64,000 nt of DNA from the sequence record NC_070950.1; one strand, given 5' to 3'. Below the pieces are notes generated by a model, which saw only the letters and a program-made list of their open reading frames with translations, did no database searches and was not told where the DNA came from. Made by a program: the position numbers and the translations under genes. Positions within the stretch are counted from its first letter, which is position 1, and the number at the start of each line of letters is the position of its first letter. Positions 29,790-37,663 of the stretch are shown here, piece by piece.

Positions 29790-30089
29790 ATGGAGATTCC
29801 ATTAGTAAGTTCAGGAATCGGGATACACGACAAGTATTACGAGATAATCAGATATGGTTTTAACGAGTGCTTAAACGGCTTGGACGATGAAAACAACCAA
29901 GCTAGCTACAAAGATTATCACGGCAATATTTTTACGGTATGTCGACTAAAACCTAATGATGGGTCTATTCCTATTTATTCTTTCCGGGTAGGGGAGCGGA
30001 CCCTGTTAACAGGGGTAACTGATCCGAGTACGGTTGACCTGACGGAATACCGTAATCTTTTTAGGTTTATTAAAATCAAAGGTTATTGA
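29790..30089 (+). CDS. Hypothetical protein
   Basis: 99 aa, SD GAGG. Confidence 0.65.
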   Translation: MEIPLVSSGIGIHDKYYEIIRYGFNECLNGLDDENNQASYKDYHGNIFTVCRLKPNDGSIPIYSFRVGERTLLTGVTDPSTVDLTEYRNLFRFIKIKGY

Positions 30090-30523
30090 CGATGAATGAA
30101 CAAACCACTTATAAATCAGGTTATCTCCCCATCCAACTCGAAGGGTGTTCTAAAGAACAACTCATCGACATCAACGACCAGTTATTCAGCAGGCTTAAAG
30201 AACTTCGTAAAACCTATCTTCCGGGAGATTACGAAATCACCCTCATCACCGATATTCTGAAAGGCAAGGAGCCCGAAAAGAATAGTTTCTTTTACAGTCT
30301 GACCTGTGTCAGGAATAACTGCTTAATGGAAAACCCTGTTTCAGAACTTAAAATCAAATTAAATTCTGTGGCGATTTTCCCTTACTCTTGGGTTATCAGG
30401 GGTCATAAAGCCAGAAACGATAAAGATCCCGAAATTAAAAGATTGAAGAAACACCTCTTTCGGATTTATAAACACAATCTTCATAAGCGGTCTAAATTCC
30501 ATAAATTAAGGAAAGGTCAATGA
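30086..30523 (+). CDS. Hypothetical protein
   Basis: 145 aa, overlaps the upstream stop. Confidence 0.65.
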   Translation: MTMNEQTTYKSGYLPIQLEGCSKEQLIDINDQLFSRLKELRKTYLPGDYEITLITDILKGKEPEKNSFFYSLTCVRNNCLMENPVSELKIKLNSVAIFPYSWVIRGHKARNDKDPEIKRLKKHLFRIYKHNLHKRSKFHKLRKGQ

Positions 30524-30840
30524 GATCTTTTAAGCAACCCTTTACGATACATCGATACCCTAGTGTCGATAAGTTAATAAAGGAACCCGGGAACAAATCT
30601 CTGTTGTTATTGAGCTTCTTCAACTTAGAGATCAAAATCAAGAACGCAGAGCTTAGGGCTGTTAACAATCCATTTCCAGGAGATGTGTTCTTTACTGAGG
30701 AAGTCGGTGACGATAAAATTCTCTTAGTTGTCCGGTTTAACCTCGGTACCGGGGAACGTTACTACCAACTCAATAATCTGGAATGGGTTGTTTGCACTAA
30801 CTCTCTCACCGTGAGAGAACTCACTTTACTTTTAGGATAA
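30520..30840 (+). CDS. Hypothetical protein
   Basis: 106 aa, ATGA coupling. Confidence 0.65.
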   Translation: MRSFKQPFTIHRYPSVDKLIKEPGNKSLLLLSFFNLEIKIKNAELRAVNNPFPGDVFFTEEVGDDKILLVVRFNLGTGERYYQLNNLEWVVCTNSLTVRELTLLLG

Positions 30841-30845
30841 TCATT

Positions 30846-31352
30846 ATGAACAATATTAAAGTTATCGGTCAAACAGAACAACGCGTCATCGACAAAGCAC
30901 GCGCCTACAATAACCTCGTCAATGAAACCGATTTCGGAGACGGTAAAATCAAAACGGTTAACGAAGCTATCGTGCAGTGTCTGCTCTGTGAAGCAGAGGA
31001 GCTCGGTTTAGATATCGATCAAGAGCCGTTTGCTTCTCTGGGGAATCGCCAATTCACATTCTACCGCGTCCCGGAAGACGCTCATCTCATTCCATGGCAC
31101 AACCATGTTTTCAACATCTGTCAAGTGGAAGACAAACTTCAGGCGCTTGGCGCCAAAATCGTCGCGATGAGATTGAACGAGTTTGACTATCAGATAGACG
31201 TTGATCCGGAACGAGGAACTCGGACCTACTACCTTAACGGTCAACGTATTTGCGATTGCACCGGTACTCCGACGTTACAAGATTTCAAAGATCTCTTCTC
31301 CGAAGAACGTCGTCGTTATTTCCAACAATTAGAGCAGACCCTTCGGGGTTAG
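30846..31352 (+). CDS. Hypothetical protein
   Basis: 168 aa, SD AGGA. Confidence 0.7.
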   Translation: MNNIKVIGQTEQRVIDKARAYNNLVNETDFGDGKIKTVNEAIVQCLLCEAEELGLDIDQEPFASLGNRQFTFYRVPEDAHLIPWHNHVFNICQVEDKLQALGAKIVAMRLNEFDYQIDVDPERGTRTYYLNGQRICDCTGTPTLQDFKDLFSEERRRYFQQLEQTLRG

Positions 31353-31360
31353 GAGTGAAC

Positions 31361-31852
31361 ATGGATAAGAAAGGCCAAGGTTCTCTTTACGGCAAAATTA
31401 TTTGTACTGGTTTCAATATCGATAAAGCTACAGAAGAAGGGTTTGATCTCCTCAGTCTCGTATGGGGAAGAACACCCGGTGAACTTTCGAACTCTGAAAT
31501 ACCTGGGGTGTATTTAGAACCATTCTCGCTCAAAGTAGAGAGAGTGGAACTGAAGGTGGCCGAAGAAATAATTAGCGCAGGATGTACGGTAAACTATTCT
31601 GGTATAGCGGAAGATCACAAAAGCCACGTTTATCACGTCCGAGCGGAGACCTATGGAAGGGGACATTGTCACTTCGGATTAATTTATAATCACGAAACTG
31701 AGAAACTCCATTTCATTGAACGCGGCGATGTCGACGTCAAAGAAAGCGATGGGTTTCAACAAGCCACTGTTGAAAAACTCATACTTTCCTACGACGTGGT
31801 AAAATTCGAAGGTAGTCCGCAAGAATATATCGAATTTATGAAAACTCGTTAA
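31361..31852 (+). CDS. Hypothetical protein (163 aa)
   Basis: Start reassigned to ATG 31361 after AGGAG. Confidence 0.7.
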   Translation: MDKKGQGSLYGKIICTGFNIDKATEEGFDLLSLVWGRTPGELSNSEIPGVYLEPFSLKVERVELKVAEEIISAGCTVNYSGIAEDHKSHVYHVRAETYGRGHCHFGLIYNHETEKLHFIERGDVDVKESDGFQQATVEKLILSYDVVKFEGSPQEYIEFMKTR

Positions 31853-31860
31853 AACCAACT

Positions 31861-31909
31861 ATACTCTCCTCCCCGATAAGGGGAGGAGAGTATAACTTAT
31901 TTTTTTTTT
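31861..31909. terminator. Bidirectional terminator
   Basis: ATACTCTCCTCCCC-GATAA-GGGGAGGAGAGTAT plus a T run, between convergent genes. Confidence 0.85.
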
Positions 31910-31910
31910 C

Positions 31911-33401
31911 TTACCGGTAGGCGTCTTTAGTCAGCGTTCGTAAAACAATATACAACATCAGACTCGTTCTTAATGAACTTACTGTAATTCGGGTTTTTAT
32001 CCCCGTCAGTTGTCTGACAATGTCATCGCCTTCATCTCGCATCTTAAAGACACTTTGGTTCTGACTGCGGCTACTGAGATACGCACCCCGCATTCGACGT
32101 AACACCTCTCTCAGGTCGTTAGCCCGAATACCGTTTTCCGTTAAGTATTCGAACAGGTGGGTGGTAACTTCGTCGACGAACTCTCTGTACTTAGCTCCCT
32201 TCGGCGAGTTATACTGATCGGGGAATACCCGGATAATTCGCTCCAGCTTATCCCTGGGAGAGTTGTCAATGGCTTCCGCGGCGTAACCTACCAGCTCGTC
32301 CTTGTAAAAGCCTGCAGAAGAACTGAGGACGTTTTGGATGTAGTTTTTATACTGGGTAACGTTCTTCGTCACCTCTCGTACACTTACTCCGTCTTCCAGC
32401 GTGACCATCCCGCCGTCCAATCTGACGATATTGGTTTTCGATTTCACTTCATGGAAAACTTTGTTAATGTCGTTGATCACGCCTCTGAGTCGATCCTGGA
32501 TATCACCGACCATGTAAATGATTTTCTTATCATCATCCATGGTGGTAAACGTTTTATAGTGAATCCCTGTTTTGGGATCTAAAATAAACTCGGCTCTAGC
32601 TCGAATTAACGCCATCCAGCTACCGTAACGTTTGATATCATAACGCATACTTAAACGGTTATAGGTTTCCATGGCGATCTCTTTCTTCGCCAGGTACTTA
32701 TAATCGTTCGCCATAATACTCGTCAAACATTTGTAATGGTACATCGCTAAGATGTTAACCATCGCATTATGTTTAACACGATCATGGAGATCGCTATGAA
32801 ACGTCCGGTACAGCAGGTAAACGATGCTTAGGTTAAATACGTCACCGGTCACTTTCCAGGTCGCATTGATCAGTTTACAGGCGTGGAGGTTTTCTCGTAA
32901 TTCTTCTTCGTCGACATCGAAGATTTCAGTGAACCAGCGGTTTCTGTCTTCTGATGTGAAAACGATTCGGTGGATGCCCAAATAGGGATTTCCGAAGAAT
33001 TCCACGTACTGTTCGTTCTTGGTGGTAAACCCAATGACATACCGAGTTAATCTATCGGCCCAACGGTTATCTATTTCTAAATCGTGTCCGAAGGCGTTAA
33101 ACACGCCGAGTATCGCGTGATCGGTATTGAAATTGTAATTGGGTAGCAGAGCTTCAAAACCAGATATCCCAAATGTTTTTTGGAGGAGTTTTTCGATTCC
33201 CTTATCGGGAGTGATCTCTTCAAACATTTTGACTTCGGGTTCGGCGTCGTACATCCCATCTTCGACCAACATCGGATCTCCGCTTAAAATCCCACTGGGA
33301 TCAAATACCGGTAATCCAGAAAGCTTATCGAACCATTGACGGTCGTCATTCTGAAAATAACTCTCAGAGCCATTGAGACGATCTGCGTATTGATTAAACA
33401 T
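31911..33401 (-). CDS. Conserved phiKZ-like protein, probably virion head (possible propeptide)
   Basis: 496 aa; acidic N-terminus with S/G-x-E protease-type sites such as SGFE. Confidence 0.5.
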   Translation of the reverse strand: MFNQYADRLNGSESYFQNDDRQWFDKLSGLPVFDPSGILSGDPMLVEDGMYDAEPEVKMFEEITPDKGIEKLLQKTFGISGFEALLPNYNFNTDHAILGVFNAFGHDLEIDNRWADRLTRYVIGFTTKNEQYVEFFGNPYLGIHRIVFTSEDRNRWFTEIFDVDEEELRENLHACKLINATWKVTGDVFNLSIVYLLYRTFHSDLHDRVKHNAMVNILAMYHYKCLTSIMANDYKYLAKKEIAMETYNRLSMRYDIKRYGSWMALIRARAEFILDPKTGIHYKTFTTMDDDKKIIYMVGDIQDRLRGVINDINKVFHEVKSKTNIVRLDGGMVTLEDGVSVREVTKNVTQYKNYIQNVLSSSAGFYKDELVGYAAEAIDNSPRDKLERIIRVFPDQYNSPKGAKYREFVDEVTTHLFEYLTENGIRANDLREVLRRMRGAYLSSRSQNQSVFKMRDEGDDIVRQLTGIKTRITVSSLRTSLMLYIVLRTLTKDAYR

Positions 33402-33409
33402 ATCGTCTC

Positions 33410-34255
33410 CTAGATCCGACTTGGGACAGCGTTTCTGATGGCGTTGTATCTCCGATCCGGGTCAGAATACGTCATGAGTTTTATCCAGCGAGTTTTAAAC
33501 AATTCCTCGTACTGGTTAAGACTATCACGGTATTCGGCGATATCGTCACGGATAATATCAACCTGAACACCAGAACGAGCTACGCCTTCGTCGACTTTGT
33601 ACCGAACAGTTTTCCAAATGTAGTTCTTGGTCATCAGGATAACTAAGTCGCCGAACAGATCGTAAGCTCTTCGATGGATCGTGGATAAACCATCGTCGTA
33701 ACTCAGGATAAGTTTACCTGTCAGGGAGAACACCCCACTCGGCGCTCCATGAATCACAAACGAGTTATTCCCGACGAGGGTTATGTTCGTGAACGTCTGG
33801 GGGATTTCTCGGTTGGGTAACATCCCGTTGATCATGGAGTTCAGTGCGTCGTTGACAGTACCTACCCCGCAGGAGTCGGCATTGCCAAGTACGCTCATGA
33901 TCCCACTGGAGGAATTCATCGCCCCCTGATAAACTTCCACAACCGAAATAATTTTCCGGCCGCCCGTCAGGAAATCAGGGACGTTAACCAGCTCCATCCC
34001 TTGGCCGAGATGTTCAATCCGAGATCCGGTTAAATCAATCAGCTCCGTCACCCCACCCTGGACATTACACCGGGGTAGGATGATCGCATGTATAATTTTT
34101 TCTCGAATGCCTTGCTGAACGGTGGTCTGCGCGTACTGGTTATACCAGTTCCCGGTCAGATTCCCGTTAGGGTTCGAGAACGCAAGCTCCAACAGGTACT
34201 CAGGGATGTCACTCCCGTTGAGAACTTTGTTGATCGCGTAGTCCACGCAGTTCAT
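33410..34255 (-). CDS. Conserved phiKZ-like hypothetical / virion protein
   Basis: Start MNCVDYAI at 34255 after GGGAG. Confidence 0.55.
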   Translation of the reverse strand: MNCVDYAINKVLNGSDIPEYLLELAFSNPNGNLTGNWYNQYAQTTVQQGIREKIIHAIILPRCNVQGGVTELIDLTGSRIEHLGQGMELVNVPDFLTGGRKIISVVEVYQGAMNSSSGIMSVLGNADSCGVGTVNDALNSMINGMLPNREIPQTFTNITLVGNNSFVIHGAPSGVFSLTGKLILSYDDGLSTIHRRAYDLFGDLVILMTKNYIWKTVRYKVDEGVARSGVQVDIIRDDIAEYRDSLNQYEELFKTRWIKLMTYSDPDRRYNAIRNAVPSRI

Positions 34256-34270
34256 AATCAACTCCCACAC

Positions 34271-35410
34271 TGAGTTTCGGGACTGGAGAAATTTCCGTCT
34301 CGATAAAAATTCAACTGAGAATTTTTACTCTGGGGTTTTCGGCGGTTATAATATTTCACTGCGGGAATTTAAAAACTCAACGGGTTTACGATCCCGTATG
34401 TTTTTGAGTTTTATTTCCCGTATAAAATACTCCGTGCCGTAAGACAACACCCCACAGAAAAAACCTCGCCTCCGGAAAAAATTCCTCGAAGGCGAGTTGC
34501 CATGATCTCACTCGAGCAAGAATCAATCCGACATACAATCCCAAGTGCTCCGATTTTTTTCTTCGGAATTTTGGTCGTTGGTAAATTTTTACATACAAAT
34601 CTATTTTATATTTGTATTTTTCGCGTGCGCGGATATTCTAAATTTTCAAAGATAATCTAAAACCGATTCCGGTTCTGGGTTTTTATTTTTTCTGTGTTTT
34701 GATTTTCCAAATCCAATTTTCAAAAATCTAAATCTAAAAAATCTAAAATTTTAATACTCAAAAATCCAATTTTCCTAGGGGTCCTTATTACGCGTGCGTA
34801 CGCCCGCACGCATATAAAAAATAAATATAATACGTAGTATTATATTTTCATTTGGTTTTATATTTTTAATTTATTAAAAATATATTAATATAAATTATTA
34901 TAAATATTTTTATTAGTTTGTTTTTATAAAATATATATAAATATATATTTATATATATTTATATTCATTAGGCGCGCGCCAGCGCGTGTGTGCATGTGCG
35001 TGCGCGCACGCGTAATAGAGAAGGGGTTATAAAAATACAAGATTGACCCTGAGAGATTATCCAGAAAAAATCACACAGAGTAAAAATATTAACCGGAATG
35101 ATTTTGAGAAGATTTAATACTCAACCTAGGAATTCGTATCAGTCGGATGAAAAAACGTTTTAGAAATCGATACAGGAATTTTTAGAGGGTATCCCGATCG
35201 AGTTCTCAGGAAAGATTATTCGGAGAATAAAAATATTTTAATCAAGATAATTAATTTTTACGGTAAGTTAGATTTATCGAGACGAGAAGATTTAATCACA
35301 AAGTAATTTCTTACGGAGTAAATAATCTTCTGAACAGGACCGAGATCTCGAATAGCCAGATGGAAATTATCCATCCATTCGAAAGTTAACCTGAATTATC
35401 CCTAAGAGGC
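34271..35410. other. Long non-coding AT-rich region, candidate replication origin or packaging signal
   Basis: No credible ORF; near-pure AT core at about 34813-34969; flanking inverted repeats; 13-bp direct repeat GAGAAGATTTAAT at 35106 and 35284; A-tract repeats. Confidence 0.45.
34786..35017. repeat. Inverted repeat arms flanking the AT core
   Basis: TATTACGCGTGCG (34786-34798) / CGCACGCGTAATA (35005-35017), plus CGCACGCA (34805-34812) / TGCGTGCG (34997-35004). Confidence 0.9.
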
Positions 35411-35418
35411 GATATCCT

Positions 35419-36153
35419 ATGCAACCAGCTAACCCATGGAAAAACAACAAGCACGTTAAATCACAAGACTCAGCAAGTGTTGATCGTTACGAATCCCTGT
35501 TACAAGAATTACCTGATGCGTTGAATGCAACCCCTCGAGATCCCGGATATCTTATAGCGACTAAAAAGATTTTATTAGTCCTGGAAATGTCTGAAGGAAC
35601 CCGACTGACCGTTCGCAACGTGATGGAAAATCCAGACATGATTCGTAAGGTCCACGAGTTGCTGGTGGAGTTAGGCTGGAAGCAAGCGATTAGCCGAGGG
35701 ACTCAGGTTTTCGTCACTCACCAGGATTTAATTAAACCGAGTATCTACCGCTTAATCGACCTCGACGCTAATGGGATTGGTTACGCTAACGAACTGCTGA
35801 ATAATATTTTATTAGACCGTCGGTTCAGTGCTCGGGTAGACAATAACGATATTCGAATCCTCCCAGGAGACCGCAGCGCAAGTAACCCCTTTAGCCTGCT
35901 GTCGTCTAACGTCGTCAGTGGTTGGCGTAAAGCCATACGGGATTACGACAAAAACGTGACGGGTAATCTTATTGGACACATGACGGTTGTCGGCGAAGAC
36001 AATACGAATATCCCGCTTGATTTAAAACTGGTTTTCGCTCTGCTGGATTACATCGGGTGGCCAGAAATGTATTTTACTGGCGAACAGATTTTATTGAGTA
36101 ACCCCATTGGGGATTATCAGACCCTTGAGGTGAATTTCATCGACCCTGAGTAA
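35419..36153 (+). CDS. Hypothetical protein
   Basis: 244 aa, SD GAGG. Confidence 0.75.
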   Translation: MQPANPWKNNKHVKSQDSASVDRYESLLQELPDALNATPRDPGYLIATKKILLVLEMSEGTRLTVRNVMENPDMIRKVHELLVELGWKQAISRGTQVFVTHQDLIKPSIYRLIDLDANGIGYANELLNNILLDRRFSARVDNNDIRILPGDRSASNPFSLLSSNVVSGWRKAIRDYDKNVTGNLIGHMTVVGEDNTNIPLDLKLVFALLDYIGWPEMYFTGEQILLSNPIGDYQTLEVNFIDPE

Positions 36154-36403
36154 TTCCTAACGACAGAGTGATGTTATTAGTAAAGATCTTTGGACTCCCT
36201 GTTGATTAACTAGCGACCCAACCTCATCTCTTTGAACCTCCTTACCACGAGCGAGATAGCCAAAGTAGCTAGAGATTTTCAGGGGGTTCAATCCCCATTA
36301 TTCGTTAATCTTATTAGACCCATTGTCCTTAGCCATGTAGCGACGGCCATTCTCCTGTGACAGACAAGTTTTTGTTCAATGGGATAGATTAACGTTTTTC
36401 TTC

Positions 36404-36477
36404 ACGTCGTGTTATCTGATGAGTCTTCGACGCTAAACAAGACGAAACCTAATGAATCTATTTTATTAGGTCATAAT
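36404..36477 (+). ncRNA. Type I hammerhead ribozyme, predicted cleavage after C36472 (GUC)
   Basis: Stem I GTTAT/ATAAT; CTGATGA 36416-36422; stem II GTCTT/AAGAC; GAAA 36444-36447; stem III CCTAATGAA/TTTATTAGG; TC. Loop II CGACG is complementary to upstream CGTCG. Confidence 0.9.
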
Positions 36478-37120
36478 TCAACCTAAGCGTTGAACGGGCA
36501 GTTAGGGGCAATGGTCCCCGAGGTCTTCAGCTTCTTCGCCTGCCCGCACTAAAAAAGTTCTTTCATGATTAGGAGTGCCGCACTCTACGAGCGGACAATA
36601 AGCAACCGAAAGTGGGAGAGAAAGAAGCGTGTCTGGTCGCTTGCCGGAAAGTTGGTTCAGGCGGGTTTCTTCCCAACCCAAACGACGCTGCCCAAGATAG
36701 GGCTGCAAGTCGTATTAGCGAATTATACCGGTATGCGGGGTTTCCGCGATAAACCGGGTTAGCTACGGGTAAGAAACCGGCCGGAGTAATCAGCCTTTCG
36801 TATTCGGGTAACGTGAGTTATTGTAGAGATATCTCTGAGGGTTAGGCCAACCCCCGACGTTCTCCGAGTCCGAAGGGAAGCTTGCTCAGCTTCGTAGGAA
36901 CTCCAAAATCTCAGACGGTCACACCTCGCAATCTTACGGCAGTATGATTGCCTATTCGTCCTTTGTCGCTCACCAAGGGGCGAGTAGGAAACCTCTGCCA
37001 CGGCGTTTCGTTTGCCTTTTACCATTGCTTTTGTTATAACCTCTCTGTTTGAGTTGAGTGTTAACTTCCCCAAGAGTATAACCTGTTATCTCTCTCTTCG
37101 TGAGGAGTCGGAGATAATGG
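36473..37120 (+). ncRNA. Candidate large structured non-coding RNA
   Basis: Dense series of complementary stems, no ORF with a credible start, begins at the predicted hammerhead cleavage site. Confidence 0.55.
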
Positions 37121-37143
37121 GGTAAATTCTTAGGAGGTTCGTT

Positions 37144-37332
37144 ATGTACACATACCAGTATACCGTGCGATACCGAATACCTAATTCTGTGTTTACGACT
37201 TACAGCGGAGAAATTACTTCTGACTGTTTGCTCACTAACGCTAATCGCATCTTTGACGTTTTGCGCACTGAGGTTCATAAAGCTACTAACGTTAACTCGT
37301 TTAGCATTACGAACTTTAAGCTGAAAGAATAA
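37144..37332 (+). CDS. Small hypothetical protein (62 aa)
   Basis: Strong SD AGGAGG; embedded in the structured region. Confidence 0.65.
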   Translation: MYTYQYTVRYRIPNSVFTTYSGEITSDCLLTNANRIFDVLRTEVHKATNVNSFSITNFKLKE

Positions 37333-37500
37333 GTCGAGCTACGCGCTCAACCTACCTTAGGGCCGGAAGTAGTTACGACTTAGGGGGAAAGAAGAGTCGT
37401 GCCTTTAAGTACCCCAACCCCATTCGTGTGGTGATCTTTCACATCATCCCATGAATATCGCCACATCATCATTAAAGTTCTACCATGAATTTTTATTCCT

Positions 37501-37532
37501 TCCAGTAGGGTTCGGCCCTACTGGACTTTTTT
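37501..37532 (+). terminator. Intrinsic terminator closing the ncRNA-rich unit
   Basis: TCCAGTAGGG-TTCGG-CCCTACTGGA followed by a T run. Confidence 0.85.
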
Positions 37533-37663
37533 CGCGTTTTTTAAATCGGCAGTTGTTTAATTATGTCAGAACTAGATTTTTTCAGTTCTAAATTATTACA
37601 ATGTAAAGCAAAAGATAATGCTTTCCATTCCAACTATCATAATTTCTTTTAGGAGCTAGATCA

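Noticed and set aside
34271-35410. CRISPR or mini-array reading of the repeats
   Set aside because: Repeats are short, inverted or only duplicated, with no regular repeat-spacer period; no cas genes in the window.
36250-36300. tRNA-like T arm GGGGTTCAATCCCC with an upstream TAGC/GCTA hairpin
   Set aside because: No acceptor stem, proper D arm or U33-type anticodon loop; the spacing does not fit a cloverleaf.
36466-36495. Pistol-ribozyme-like CCTAAGCGTTGA with upstream TTAGG
   Set aside because: Only 9 nt between the pseudoknot partners; no room for P1, P2 or the conserved linker.
36495-36550. HDV-like fold (CGGGCAG/CTGCCCG with a GC-TTCTTC-GC loop) and a minus-strand CTGAAGA
   Set aside because: No GG/CC P1.1 pair or P2 partner found; the minus-strand motif has no following stem II and GAAA.
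36502-37278. Short ORFs 36565..36762 (+), 36502..36708, 36759..37073 and 36970..37278 (-)
   Set aside because: No convincing SD, mutually overlapping and atypical codon use; better explained as incidental frames in a structured RNA.
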